The translations under genes and the position numbers were made by a program. This document shows positions 30,701 through 36,445 of a stretch of DNA of 64,000 nucleotides, one piece after another. This DNA comes from Bacteroidales bacterium UBA2939 (GTDB lineage: Bacteria > Bacteroidota > Bacteroidia > Bacteroidales > P3): NCBI GenBank assembly GCA_002349055.1, contig DECD01000024.1, positions 10,503-74,502 on the forward strand, written 5' to 3'. How positions within the stretch are numbered: the first letter of the stretch is position 1; every line of letters starts with the position of its first letter. The notes beneath the pieces were generated by a model, which worked only from the letters and a program-made list of their open reading frames with translations, did not search any database and was not told the origin of the DNA.

Positions 30701-33671
30701 CGTACATATCGTAGGGAGCCCACGGTGAGGCGTAGGCCCAGCTGTTGCATTCGAAGAGCGAGGGGTGGTCGGCATAGACCCATTCGGCATCGGTGTAGGC
30801 ACAGTTGAGGTCGCGCTGGGCATCGGTAGCCTGAGAGGCATCCCATCCGCAGCCTATCTGGCCGCCCTGAATCTTGACCCAGGTGTCGTGGAGCACGTGG
30901 CCGTTCTGGCTACCGCCATAGACGGAACCCTTGATGAAAGGACCACTGTGGTCGGACTCCTTGCCGATGATGACCTCGGTGTTGTTGACATAGTTGAGGA
31001 GGGGGATATTGGCGTTGGTGGCGGGGTCGCCCACGATGCCCTTACCGGCGCCGAACACCATGCCGCTGTCCATGGGCATGACGAGGGTGCGGGGGCCTAC
31101 CTTACCGGCAGCGATTTCGACGGTGGTCTTGCCGGTGTTGGCGTCACAGACGAGGTCGTCGCCGGAGGTGCTATACTTACCCACGCGAGCCATCTCGCCG
31201 CCGCCGTAGATATTACCTTTGACCCAGAACTTCTTGTCGTCAGCCGTAGCTGTCGTCCACGGTACCGTTTCCACCGACGGGTTAGTGGTATGATTCGTGA
31301 TCCAAGTCGCGTAGTCGACTTTCTGGTCGGCACCCATCACAATCTTGGGATTGGAGGTGACGAGACCTGCGTTGATTGCCGAAAAGAGGTCGTCGACCGA
31401 ATTGCCGCGGCCGCCACCAAAGACATCGTGGTTCACATGGCCTTTCACCAGGTTGATGATGGGCGTGGTGGCTGTGGAATCTAACGGACGGTAGGGGGAC
31501 AAGTTGCTGCCGCCATAGACATAGTCGACATCCAGCGCGCAGGTACCCGTTTCGGTGGAATCGATGATGATGATGATTTTGCCTTCCACGTTACCGTTCT
31601 GGTCACATCCGCCGAAAACGTTCTCAATCTTACCGCCCTTCAGGATTACCGTAATATTGCCACCGGTGCCTTGCAGTTCGGGATGAGCCTTCATATAGAC
31701 GAGGTCTTCCGGCGTGAACCTGGGGTGATCCGATGCGAGATCGGCTGCCACCTGTTCTTCCGTGGGATATTTTCTGATGTTGGCTGCGTAGTCGCCAGCT
31801 CCCAGGGAGCCGCCGAAGACGCTACCGAAGGTGCCACCTTCGATGGTGAGGGTGACGTTGCCATAGACAGTACCCAGACGGCAACCGCCATAGAGGCCCA
31901 GATACTTATCGTTGGCGGCGCAGGTCATCACCTGGTTGATTTCGGCAATGACGTCGGTATAGTTACCGCCGCAGAAGTGGTAGTCGATATCCACCTTGCC
32001 ATCATTACAAGAGCCGCCACCTTCCACGATGGTGATATTGGCGTCGCCACCGGTGACAGTACCCTGGCGGTTACAACCGCCGAAGATGACACCCACACGA
32101 CCTGACGCAAATTTGAGGTAGACCTTACCTTTTCCAATGTTGGAGGCTTTGATGACACCGTTGCCACCGCCGAAGACCTCTTGATATCGGCCACCATCGA
32201 TGACGGTGTTCACGCCCACGGCATCGGCAGCATTGCCACCGCCGAAGACCTCTTTGATGGTATTGTCGCAACCGTAGACATGAGTATAGATTTTCTTTTG
32301 CGAATCTACAAAATTATTCTCCGGCTGGTAATGAGCGTTGTGTCCGCCACCGAAGACACTGTCGAGGGCATAGGTGCGGTTGATGGAGACATCGCTCACA
32401 GCGTCATGCGTTCTGCGGAACGTCTTATAGACATGTACATAGACATTGTCCTCGGGTGTACCGTTGACGTTGTTGCAGCCGTAGACAGAGCCACGGATTT
32501 GTGCGGAACCTTCGTAGGTGCCGCTGTTGTTGCGGCCGATGTTGACCGTCACCTGGCCATGGACCAGGGCAGCCACATTGCTGTGGCCCTCGCCCAAGAG
32601 CGTCGTGTCGCCCAGGCCACCGCCATAGACTTCGCCATAGATGGTACCGGCCATTGCATTGACCGTCGTGGTCTTGCTGGCCGTATTGACTTTTTTAGCA
32701 TTGATGGAGCCGCTGTTGACATTGCCGAGGGCCGAACCACCATAGATATTACCATAGATGAGGGGTTTCTGCACGGCTTCGCTCACGATGACGCTGTCGA
32801 GTGTCACCACCACGCTGCCGTCGACACGGGTAGGCTGGCCGTAGCCGCCGCCGAAGATGCCGTGGGCCTTATTGGTCATAGAGGTGCCCACCTGGCCGCC
32901 GGTGAGGGTCACCAGGGCGTCGCCGGTCACGGTACCCGAGGTGTTGCAACCTCCGTAGATACCCCTGACCACCATGGCGGTGCCCGAGAGGGCGACGTCG
33001 GTGCCGCCGGTGCCAGCCTCGTTGCCGCCACCATAGACGACATATACCTGTCCACCGCTGACGTTCACGTCGGGTGTGCCGCCGTAGGCAGCCACGTTGC
33101 CGCCGCCGAAGACATAGTTGGCGTTGCCGCTGGTGATGTTGACCTGGACGCTGTTCTGGGGAGCGCCGTTGAGGTTGTTGCAGCCGAAGACGCTGTCGGC
33201 TATGCCACCGTTGAGGGTCACCGTCACATTGCCATAGACAAGAGCAGCAATGTCGCTCGTAGCACCATTCACGCCATTCTTCTGGCCGAGGCCACCGCCA
33301 TAGACGGAACCTTGGGCAGTACCGTTGGTGAGGGTCACCGTGGTGGTGTTGGAACTGCTGGTTCCCACGTTGGCCAAAGCGCCACCGCCGTAGACACTGC
33401 CGGTGTTTTTCACAAGCTTATTGTTCTCGTCGCGGAGACCCACTTGGGCGTTCGCCTGGTTGATGAGCACAGCGCTGTTGCCCGACACATTGGCATTGTT
33501 GCCGCCGCCGAAGATGTTGCCACCCACGGTGACATTCGTCTTCGCCGCTCTGGAGGATTCCTGGGCCGAGGCGACCGAAAAATGAACGTTGAGGATTGAA
33601 ATCAATGCCACGCAAACCAGTCGCGTCAGCCAGATGTTTCGGTTCATATTATGGTGTAGTTGTTGTTTCAT
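12771..33671 (-). CDS. Giant (6966 aa) secreted GGG-rung repeat protein with no recognisable T9SS sorting domain
   Basis: Complete 20901-nt ORF in the track. N-terminal signal peptide ...LVCVALISILNVHFSVASAQ. Nearly the whole length is short rungs with [VIL][FY]GG[GSA] (GNIFGGGNNANVSG, SVYGGGALANVG...). These are organised into higher-order modules repeated 2-8 times. The C-terminus is three Ig-like modules. No PNP / GIY-type CTD motifs are present. The plus-strand ORFs across it are antisense shadows. Confidence 0.9.
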   Translation of the reverse strand: MKQQLHHNMNRNIWLTRLVCVALISILNVHFSVASAQESSRAAKTNVTVGGNIFGGGNNANVSGNSAVLINQANAQVGLRDENNKLVKNTGSVYGGGALANVGTSSSNTTTVTLTNGTAQGSVYGGGLGQKNGVNGATSDIAALVYGNVTVTLNGGIADSVFGCNNLNGAPQNSVQVNITSGNANYVFGGGNVAAYGGTPDVNVSGGQVYVVYGGGNEAGTGGTDVALSGTAMVVRGIYGGCNTSGTVTGDALVTLTGGQVGTSMTNKAHGIFGGGYGQPTRVDGSVVVTLDSVIVSEAVQKPLIYGNIYGGSALGNVNSGSINAKKVNTASKTTTVNAMAGTIYGEVYGGGLGDTTLLGEGHSNVAALVHGQVTVNIGRNNSGTYEGSAQIRGSVYGCNNVNGTPEDNVYVHVYKTFRRTHDAVSDVSINRTYALDSVFGGGHNAHYQPENNFVDSQKKIYTHVYGCDNTIKEVFGGGNAADAVGVNTVIDGGRYQEVFGGGNGVIKASNIGKGKVYLKFASGRVGVIFGGCNRQGTVTGGDANITIVEGGGSCNDGKVDIDYHFCGGNYTDVIAEINQVMTCAANDKYLGLYGGCRLGTVYGNVTLTIEGGTFGSVFGGSLGAGDYAANIRKYPTEEQVAADLASDHPRFTPEDLVYMKAHPELQGTGGNITVILKGGKIENVFGGCDQNGNVEGKIIIIIDSTETGTCALDVDYVYGGSNLSPYRPLDSTATTPIINLVKGHVNHDVFGGGRGNSVDDLFSAINAGLVTSNPKIVMGADQKVDYATWITNHTTNPSVETVPWTTATADDKKFWVKGNIYGGGEMARVGKYSTSGDDLVCDANTGKTTVEIAAGKVGPRTLVMPMDSGMVFGAGKGIVGDPATNANIPLLNYVNNTEVIIGKESDHSGPFIKGSVYGGSQNGHVLHDTWVKIQGGQIGCGWDASQATDAQRDLNCAYTDAEWVYADHPSLFECNSWAYASPWAPYDMYASTASGHEEEYEDGSSTKGGRRVASDGHTFYGNVFGGGSGYFPYAPGKWLESAGVVYGNTRVDVSGGHILTSLYGGNEQTDVKGSSIVNFSGGTLGVPRTLAQIDGHPVTCYLFGAGKGDQRTLFNTWTNISSVEVNITGGWIYGSIFGGGEDGHVTGDVVVNVSGASTKIGTLGTSYVDGNIFGGGRGFSGEALTAGVVSGNIEVNISDGTMLGSIYGGGRLASVGTYLVPPKVPGTQTDNPNYGKMQPDEGLNTHGHITVNISGGTIGNTSEYVYIAPDATDEAAASAKANIPKTEFFTDGTHKNCLRHTKGGNVFAGSMGRIVGMDGSSVNPLWPTMGRAKSTTLTISGGTIKSNVYGGGEMGSVAENTTITITGGTIGTEVGTIGSGGYYFGSVYGGGYGSSDSRAVANDSTEARINVELPWTADVLAGRVYGNTQIDITAGTVRGDIYGGGEMASVGYERYASATDKGNTTVNIGATDGGNPATLTGSATILGNVYGSNNIAGTPHGNANVNIYATAHNTTNAASYTTNNGSGEPTFALANVFGGGHEAGYAPENGSQSSTKRAIVHVYGCDNTIEDLFGGGDAAAAHGVRTTIDGGRYARIFGGGNGEVAAADIGAGGTDLTVNAGIIDSLFGGSNILGSINGPLNTTLTHTSSCSETIGVFFAGSNRAAIAGNLETDIQCGVSTISKIYGGCNMASITGSTTLNVYGGTFDEVYAGSKGVRDDPATGGVDETVDASISGDVTLNLYGGTITDAFGGSDAKGNVGGIITVNVLDQEGTCSLALTNLYGGGNQAEYTPSSASSASPLVNVQHIKSSNSILGSVYGGGLGSTAVVTANPVVIIGDEVSGHYAKITGSVYGGGREANVVGATTVLVQNSHSQIGVDVYGGGALASLTGAAAGSTVTIDDGTVNGNVYGGGLGDGSHAANVAGDVAVTVNNGTIDGDVFGCNNINGAPSGDVSVTITGGTLADVYGGGNLASYTGATEVTVSGGTIANVYGGGKGNVAEDKAANVGSSEITINGGTISTGVYGGCNAKGTVSGNSSVSLVNGTVGSDGIRATGVFGGGYGQNTLVSGNVSVTLDGATLYCDLYGGGALGNVNTNNSNTTTVNVLSGSITGDVYGGGLGDADNLYAAQVNGVVTVNIGENNGGDYNGYATFNTYGYKGGCIFGGNNMYGSPMDNVNVNIYGTAHTARNVVSGDQFAIDQVFGGGNLADFPNNGKTITTRIYGCDNTVRRVFGGGNAAATPSVVLTVDGGHFDYGWGGGNGESGVDADVNGTVTFLYSGKWEHSVVGGSNAHGNITGGAPHISEDPSKCGSAIADELYCGSTSTVVVGSKTTQTTCAYGTYRNIYGGSKENDYYGNITLILAGATATNVYGGSKGTATTPADVRAFTNAKKPTGEGVPDSVGQGGNVTIILRGGTFDNVYGGCDVNGTVEGIINIIVDSVNSECPLVVHNIYGGGHDAAYTPKTTLAHVGNKPATPVVTINSGSVTKKNGNGGNVFGGGQGAGATVTGNPVVNIGNAAGGKVTVEGTIYGGGDQAQVTGRTTVNVQKKGTRAKTGSIYGGGNRAAVTNSTDVIIGDGSAGPSITGDVYGGGALAAVNTASRADTCHTKLVLNNGTITGNVYGGGLGNASIAANVNAPVQVTVNGGTVTGAVYGCNNVNGAPQRTVNVDVYGTDAQPFSGFAIGSLFGGGNQAAYGSTPTVKVHNCSNVSIGDVYGGGNQATVAGTNVSIYGGDSIGNVYGGGNGIGVATNFTMVSGNAVTNIYGGTIGNVFGGNNTSGNILGTIAVTVNAQGDSDPNGSSSPCTMKVGNVYGGGNLAAYAPTATAALYPNTSPTVTFTKGTINGSIYGGGKGSATNVNAGLVTSNPIVLMNGADARVNGNIYGGGEMASVGSYTRNPSTQAVTACAANTGLTTVTVSAGKVGPHPLKMPTDFGHVFGGGKGVVADTTTDTGNPLIPHLNYVNNTLVTINGTALVKGCVYGGAEAGHVKGNTHVVIDENCQIGAGWDNSQATDEARDLDALYTASQWETSSSLFECHAWPYTSPYNVYDKYATSGYYATGVSADGGDQTGHDGHTFYGQVFGGGSGFFPYLGKDHTGTKDSAIWIRSSGRVEGNTLVEIKGGHILTSAYGGNEVTDVLGDAVITMTGGTLGVPRTLDQIAAHPVTCYLFGAGKGDARIFFNEWTNVRNATVTVSGGWVYGSVFGGGEDGHVLGNATVNISGSEGSNAQAIAGSATKIGTLGTSYVDGNIFGGGRGFSGEALTAGVVGGNIEVNITGGTMLGSVYGGGRLASVGTYLVPVSDPNYGQLRPNAGGNTHGHITVNISGGTIGNNAEYTYPSDAQKASNGDLRNTSYQESNAGNRLLHTKGGNVYGGSMGRIVAMDGSTHNPRWPSLGRAKQTTVNISGGIIKSSVYGGGEMGSVSQNTTVNVTGGTIGTLVPAYTTTSGHTGGDAYYFGSVYGGGYGSLDNTLDDNDSVTAATTDYATGKRAQADATPAVLAGRVYGNTFVNVTGGTLLGEVFGGGEMASVGYEQTGSRGNTNVNIGEAGPTGTGATFSGTGMVFGANNVAGTPYGNTSVHIYRTAHGADAAHNLYPTGITNNEELATNALSQTYALQAVYGGGNLAAHTPYAANGTTNVYVHYCEENTICDLYGGGNAANTKNNHIIIDGGRIHRLFGGGNGETSAANVSGTARTDIHGGLIDTVFGGSNTRGNIGTVALNLDNDRADAGPSCENLIGVIYGGGNHAPGSGGEITIACGDYHFDEIYGGANLASITGNVTLNIYGGTYNYVYGGSRGRLDDPNVAGDQSVASDISGNVTLNLYGGTIANAFGGSNAKGNIGGVITVNVLDDENVECPLNLTNLYGGSNVATYTPADATITSPVINVKHIPNGITGNVFGGGKGDKSTINAADGTSSRDAADLGRCTSNPQVNIGDNVAGHTAWVKGSTVRNYNDTYDSLPPTSGNVYGGGELAEVYGTAYVNMQNANSVIEGNIYGAGKGYTGDSIAANVSVDTYVNITDGTVKKNVYGGGELASVGTFGPAPGGGYTMTHGNTHVTITGGFIGADPNDHATENDAFGNVYGAGYGYAGKSTIGGYTYSYAYYNYVGDANVTIGGTARVYGSVFGGAENGHVWRNTSVKIKDGEIGTELTAAEHAETSEGVGANIYTGNVYGGGRGIDESDAQHHHSLTAGRVFGNTYVEVTGGIIHHDVFGGGSLASVGDTIHDIVGGAHDIMGNPISGTYSFDDDMNSATAAITRAYKKGDPVTGTGLAHVRILGGRIGNTGHNDGYVFGSGRGMAGTGSDDEYYHMAYAHNTFVFIGDTTIEGVRSVADIRGAVFGGGSNGHVSQNAHVKMTNGVIGGKTAETYTAMGVPLPATVDATVNGVDYYSGIDAADTLTDHWGRMTTGHHTFLGNVYAGGRGVDHNIDEHDVDHGLSRFAGRVFGNAKVEISGGIVYHSVYGGGSMASVGDYTNGPEIANMIAVAGTGKTFVNISGTNTRIGTNGRNNGRVFGGARGVARSDGFYNTMAFVNITNVTVDGSAQVRGCVFGGGENGRVLDSTLVTISGSCEIGNGKRKDDNRWINDYVGNVYGGGRGVDLDQNNLPNLTTGWVKNATHVVISGGHVHHNVFGGGSLASVGRQTGVGYVNTTPTLTSPEGRSWVDVTGGLIGIVIDATDSSQNLYGNVFGAGRGRAGVGIMYGNCWDSATCVTNAVVRINYTDAPSSTNYITGNVYGGGYNGHVNNSTDVRITKGKIGTAGDRNYGSLEGNVFGGGCGEDRYEAYLTRDGKYITNAQRASGTGHTDIAYRRNDRSVIRTYYNTPRSFADSLAVTDSLSVRSGLVYGNTNVLINAASASDVQILHHVYGGGANASVGDYWIASHDYTSGSIILEKGDVFPLTASLSSVFSCPTNHAGSDVSSGNCHVTVTGGTIGTSGHNNGMVFGASRGEIGAPGSIYDSIAYTNATFVTIGTSGTITDSVTPNPLINGSVYGGGENGHGYGDANVNIYSGSIGDHGDRSGSNTESIVGAKTYNRAKKLEDLIEAAVDEATKATLQAELDATLAYLSFCGNVYGGGCGTDKYVDVNDGNKEKYNPRAGVVYGNTNVTMTGGYVERAIYGGGSIANIGRRQGAFTYHNADPNTHFALSWPVEFHYRPGTGKATINVSGNARIGYSGKDNGDIFGASRGEAGDPADMAPFANVDTTIVTINIPVPEGFTEATYYGNGSSTPGLLGVNPKNDHFTPLIAGSVYGGAENGHVIRGTNVTLQSGIVGHSIYGGGKGKGTYQTTLRHITDGDVSQGQYWHKDDDSIAYIYSLTAGRVYRNTHVTMTGGRVIRNIYGGGNMASVGVGNYAGGPGDYREAGYGERWTSDNFYLRDSLAHTGHTYVTVTGGIVGILNPSKPKDSFKDDLPLGNVFGGCRGEAAPSVSPTLSPRHAYAPAFFSGYVNHAHVVIGDSTSAVDAAGPRLFGSVYGGGQDGHVRVETDVKVYRGEIGVTYTNPGDAKDLVGVPSEADIRAGRDMTDDAHWVARGNVYGAGSGIGKYTKKEVSGAVTETYASSSGSVTCSTYVYIKGGTIHRNVYGGGALASIGPLVLPGNPVPQPETTKTIVDIRGGVIGSAADFAGGSYTYNYPASGDDPSAEGYYPAGSVTFDWTSYGSCVYGASRGLQEANPTDFATDWWTFVTVRDNAHVFGSVFGGGELGTVKKDTRVKMLGGNVGGDLYGAGRGIPGDSYKNYCDVENTYVTIEGGQIHGDVYGGARDGHVTGNTNVLVKGAAVIGDEGVAAVDEHGNPGYWAFDGNVFGGGRGSGDKIDTDGDSDIDDHDEYRINKTSGRVGGNTKVVVEAGTIHGSIFGGGRLALTGVDVDGGITSFLKDIETGIYDSVNHGMATVRVLGGTIGDASDVNLLKCDWSVGDVLGSGKGDIDNYEDIYAGRVMNSRVYIVGGATVRGSVFGGGEMAGIGWWNDNGVFVPHTGTSTVHIKDTLGAAPTIGLAAEFTYDKPTHAALNERTGNENPGAWTMYNTDGTILHTCTGNVYGASQGDVDITYPHWVSMARSRQSTVTIDGGNILSCVYGGGEQGIVTGNTHVTINGGTIGTAVGTIGSGGYYFGDVYGAGYGSDEAADTYGNDSTAARTALSLNWTADVLAGRVYGNTTVDLLGGTVNGDVYGGGSMASVGDEKPGQTANGNTYVNVGSTSQYDNPALGPTIHGSVFGANNYSGTPFGNTNVHIYSTAHTDTDPLVYDRSGTNVTVVVGDQYPSGLKAVAEDVNVLDANDLQALQGEANESLVAAKRYAIKEVFGGGNKANHVPLNTSTGTTLVYIHDCDENTVKDVYGGGNAAATQNNHVIVEGGHLDRIFGGGNGSGGVAANVVGTATTEIHGGIYTQVFGGSNTLGNIGLTKLTVDDEGDCPLLIKEAFGGGNNAPGGNGEITLKCGSSFNTFYAGGSKANLGTPENPVTLTLNVEGGRVMHLFGGCQGTDDTPANIYGDVIVNLHGGSVENLYGGSDVNGNISGTITVNVDIDPDYSCPDGLNLVNVYGGGRNAAYTPDDPFRGSPLVNIMNNRYYSRESGEPTTNMDDSAYVQIRNVFGGGLGSTATVTSYPRVIVGGFPDGYGYDRSARVFGNLYGGGSAAPIRGNTLVMVRSSVIGFDSDDSIGSFHTGNIFGGGLGTTARVSGETYIGVFGQSDIKSNVYGGGSAGIVDGNTEIQMGFQEQVLPPEFIAYLDDDCAASDKIKGSFSCATPNVRFSYTTDGSTPPVPATNETLYTDANDDFCFGWGDIVQCIAYIPSEGGIDSTMMPSIAAFDKAPMPLISIDGDNVTFDGCKGARIYYTLNGDDPTTTVSATNFLWGTTVENPGSSFTIGATDVVKAIAEQRGCFNSNVTSLQVDAPVITFDGVHCTITAPEGSTITYTTDESTPVTNMLGATSHGTYVPSNTASFNVSSSQDVTVKAVCQKPGYQPSKIGAAVHRVQ
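12774..13490 (-). other. Three tandem ~80-aa Ig-like C-terminal modules (CHB_HEX_C / Fn3_assoc-like by motif) of the 6966-aa protein
   Basis: Track translation shows VRFSYTTDGSTPPV..., GARIYYTLNGDDPTT...VVKAIAEQRG and STITYTTDESTPVT...VTVKAVCQKPGYQPS. The x[IF]xYT[LT][DN]Gs.P ... V.A.a pattern recurs three times. This is motif-level resemblance only; no HMM was run. Confidence 0.5.
23685..24240 (-). repeat. Intragenic long-range direct repeat, copy 2 (partner at 29889-30430)
   Basis: A 51-bp perfect match (GTTGCCGATGGTGCCGCCGGAGATGTTGACGGTGATGTGGCCGTGGGTGTT) occurs at 23685 and 29889. It is followed by about 195 bp at roughly 90% identity by eye, then further conserved blocks. Confidence 0.8.
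29889..30430 (-). repeat. Intragenic long-range direct repeat, copy 1 (partner at 23685-24240)
   Basis: Same evidence as copy 2. The offset is 6204 nt (2068 codons) at the 51-mer and 6225 nt (2075 codons) after a 21-bp indel. Both offsets are in frame. Confidence 0.8.
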
Positions 33672-33743
33672 CTTTCTGGATTTTCTGATTGTTCGGATTC
33701 TTCGGAGTGTTCAGAGTATTCAGAGTGTTCAGAATATGCGGAT
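33672..33743. repeat. 9-bp periodic tandem array (8 units, core TTC[TGA]GA) filling the whole 71-bp spacer between the 877-aa and 6966-aa genes
   Basis: CTTTCTGGA TTTTCTGAT TGTTCGGAT TCTTCGGAG TGTTCAGAG TATTCAGAG TGTTCAGAA TATGCGGAT. Confidence 0.9.
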
Positions 33744-36376
33744 TATTCGTCTTGGATAGTTACTGAGGAGTTGCCGTTGACAGCGCCGTTGTTGCCGCCG
33801 CCGTAGACATTGCCGGTGATGGAGGCTCCCTGACGGAGGAAGACCGCGGGGTTGCCGGTGACGGTGGCTGTGGAGCCGTAGCCACCGCCGAAGACGTTGC
33901 CGCTGACGACACCGGTGCCTGTGATGGTCACCACGGGGTAGTCGGGCGTTCCCACGGGGGCGGAGTAGGCAGCATTGTTGCCACCACCATAGACATCATG
34001 GTTGATGGTGCCAGCCGTGACATTCACCGCCACGGTGCTCTGGGGAGCGCCGTTGGCGTTGTTGCAGCCGAAGACATTCTCCACGGTGCCGCCATTGACA
34101 TTCACCTGCACAGCTCCGTTGACCTGAGCTGCGTGGGAGCCGTCGCCGAGGCCACCGCCGTAGAGGTCGCCGTGAATGGTGCCCTTATTGAGGGTTACCA
34201 CGGTGCTCTTGTCTGCAGCGTTGATATTGCCCTTAGCCGAGCCGCCATAGACGTCGCCATAGATGGCGGGCTCGTTGGCTATGCTGGAAGAGCCGATGGT
34301 GACGGTGACGTCGTCGGAGGTGGCGGTGCTGAGGCCATAGCCGCCACCGTAGACACCGTCTTCATAGTTGTCATCGTCGGTGCCTATGGTGCCGCCATTG
34401 ATGGCGACGGTGATGGCGCCGCCGACGGTGCCGTTGGTGTTGCAACCGCCGTAGAGACCGCCGGTGATGGTGCTGGTGGTCGAGGCGCCGTTGTTGACAT
34501 AGACCGACACATCGCCGGTGACGCCGCCAGAGGAGACGTCGTTGCCGCCGCCGTAGACTTTTTCCACCGTGCCGCCGTTCATACGCACGGAGGAGCTGCC
34601 CACATTGGCCTGGTTGCCACCGCCGAAGAGGCGGGTGGCGGTGCCGTTGATGACATCGACTGTGGCGAGGCCCGAGACGGGAGCCACGTTACCGCCGCCG
34701 AAGACGTCGGTGGCGTGGCTTACGTCCAGCGCGAACTGCACGGTGGCACTGCCGGCGACAGCAGCAGCGTTGCCACCGCCGTAGACATTGCCCACGACAT
34801 AGGGATGGGGATAACTGGTCAGGAGCGACATGGTGTCGCCGCCCGGTGTGCGGTTGGCCGCTGCGCCGATGATTACTCTGGGATTGGAGGTCACGGTAGC
34901 GGTGCCACCCTTGGCGCCACCATAGACGCTGCCCCGGATGCCCAGGATTTCGGTAGGACCATCCTGCACGGCATCGGCATGCGCCACATGGATGATATTG
35001 ACGCGGGGCGAAGTGGGATTGACCTGCGCACCGCTGACGGTGATTTTGTTGGGAGTATAGGCCGTCTCATTGCCGCCGCCATAGATATTGGTGATATCGA
35101 GCTTGCAGGAGCCCTCGAGGTCGAAGACGTTGACGGTGATGAGGCCCGTGATGTTGCCATTGATATTGGAGCCGCCGAAAGCATCGGTGATGGTACCACC
35201 ATATATATTAAGGTTGACGTTGCCGGTGATATTGGCCGCTTTCTCGGCCGTACCTTTCGAGCCGCCGTAGACCGCCTCGAAGGTGCCGCCGTAGACGTTG
35301 AGGGTGACGTCGCCGTTGATGATTTCGGCCTTGTTGGAGCCGCCGTAGAGTTCGTCGACATAATCCACGCCGCATCCCACGGTGAGTTCCACGTTGCCGT
35401 GGGTCGCGGCCTCATTGGAGCCGCCGAAGAGCGAGATGATGTATTCTTCCTGATCGTCGCTACAAGGACCGGTCTTCAAGACGGTGAGACTCTTGATACC
35501 GCCAAGGATGTCACCCGCGGTGTTGGAGCCAGCGAAAGCAGCGGTGAAGTAGCCACCCTCGATGGTGGAGGTGGCGTTGCCGTAGATGTTGGCCGCGCGG
35601 TAGGGGTTGGTATTTTCGTCCCACGCCGCCGCGGGGTTGGTGAGGGTATGACCGTCGCCGCCGCCGAAGAGGGTGTCGATGCGGCCACCCTCGATGGTGA
35701 CATAGACGTTGGCCTTGATGGTGTCGGAGCCCGACACGCTACCTACGTCGGCAGCGCGGCCGCCGCCGTAGACCATCTTGACGGTGTTTTCGCAGTTGTG
35801 GATAAAGACTGTGGTGGAGTAACGGTTGGTCACCGCCGGCACGTAGGCCGCCTCGTTGCCGCCCCCGTAGACGGCCTGGATGGCGAAAGTGGTGTTTGTA
35901 TGCCAATCCGAAGCACTGGGAGAGACAGTGGTCTTGAACGTTTCGAAGTCGGCGAAGGTGCCCACCAGGTTGTTGGGAGTTCCGGAAGTGTGGGCGGTCT
36001 GCCAGATGTCGACCTTGACGTTGTTGCGGGGAGTGCCTGCGATATTATTGCAGCCGAAGACATAGCCTCTGATGGTGGCGCTGCCGCTGATGTCGCCTGT
36101 GCCCTCTTCTTTCTGTCCGATATAGACGTGCACGCCGCCTTTGACGAGGGGTTCGACGAGTGGGTCTGCCTGACCGCGGCCGCCGCCGTAGACGCTACCC
36201 GTCACGGTGCCGGAGAGGATATATACCCTGGTGGAGTCGGAGGCGTTGGTGCCCACGTCGGCCAGGTTGCCGCCGCCGTAGACGTCGCCGTCGACAGTGA
36301 CATGCTGGGCCGTTGCCGTGCCGCCCATAAGCAGCATTGCCAGCATCAAAGCCATTCTTGTTGTTTTTCGGTTCAT
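33743..36376 (-). CDS. 877-aa secreted GGG-rung repeat protein, a single-module relative of the 6966-aa protein
   Basis: Complete ORF. Signal peptide MNRKTTRMALMLAMLLMGGTATAQ. The mature protein starts directly with rungs (HVTVDGDVYGGGNLADVG). It contains one copy of the Cys-bearing module found five times in the 6966-aa protein (CNNIAGTPRNNVKVDIWQTAHT ... HNCENTVKMVYGGG ... GSCKLDITNIYGGGNETAYTP). It ends in rungs (GNVYGGGNNGAVNGNSSVTIQDE). Confidence 0.9.
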   Translation of the reverse strand: MNRKTTRMALMLAMLLMGGTATAQHVTVDGDVYGGGNLADVGTNASDSTRVYILSGTVTGSVYGGGRGQADPLVEPLVKGGVHVYIGQKEEGTGDISGSATIRGYVFGCNNIAGTPRNNVKVDIWQTAHTSGTPNNLVGTFADFETFKTTVSPSASDWHTNTTFAIQAVYGGGNEAAYVPAVTNRYSTTVFIHNCENTVKMVYGGGRAADVGSVSGSDTIKANVYVTIEGGRIDTLFGGGDGHTLTNPAAAWDENTNPYRAANIYGNATSTIEGGYFTAAFAGSNTAGDILGGIKSLTVLKTGPCSDDQEEYIISLFGGSNEAATHGNVELTVGCGVDYVDELYGGSNKAEIINGDVTLNVYGGTFEAVYGGSKGTAEKAANITGNVNLNIYGGTITDAFGGSNINGNITGLITVNVFDLEGSCKLDITNIYGGGNETAYTPNKITVSGAQVNPTSPRVNIIHVAHADAVQDGPTEILGIRGSVYGGAKGGTATVTSNPRVIIGAAANRTPGGDTMSLLTSYPHPYVVGNVYGGGNAAAVAGSATVQFALDVSHATDVFGGGNVAPVSGLATVDVINGTATRLFGGGNQANVGSSSVRMNGGTVEKVYGGGNDVSSGGVTGDVSVYVNNGASTTSTITGGLYGGCNTNGTVGGAITVAINGGTIGTDDDNYEDGVYGGGYGLSTATSDDVTVTIGSSSIANEPAIYGDVYGGSAKGNINAADKSTVVTLNKGTIHGDLYGGGLGDGSHAAQVNGAVQVNVNGGTVENVFGCNNANGAPQSTVAVNVTAGTINHDVYGGGNNAAYSAPVGTPDYPVVTITGTGVVSGNVFGGGYGSTATVTGNPAVFLRQGASITGNVYGGGNNGAVNGNSSVTIQDE

Positions 36377-36390
36377 ATCTTGTTGTGTTT

Positions 36391-36445
36391 TATTCTGAGT
36401 GTTCTGAGTATTCTGAATTTTCTGAATAATCTGAATATTCTGATT
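36391..36445. repeat. 9-bp periodic tandem array (6 units, TnTTCTGAn) in the 69-bp spacer between the 1119-aa and 877-aa genes
   Basis: TATTCTGAG TGTTCTGAG TATTCTGAA TTTTCTGAA TAATCTGAA TATTCTGAT. Confidence 0.9.

Noticed and set aside
12771-33671. Polymorphic-toxin or contact-dependent-inhibition locus (giant repeat protein with a C-terminal toxin plus immunity gene).
   Set aside because: The C-terminus consists of Ig-like YT.DG modules, not a recognisable toxin domain. No small immunity-like ORF follows any of the five genes, and no pre-toxin motifs (VENN, PT-TG-like) were seen.
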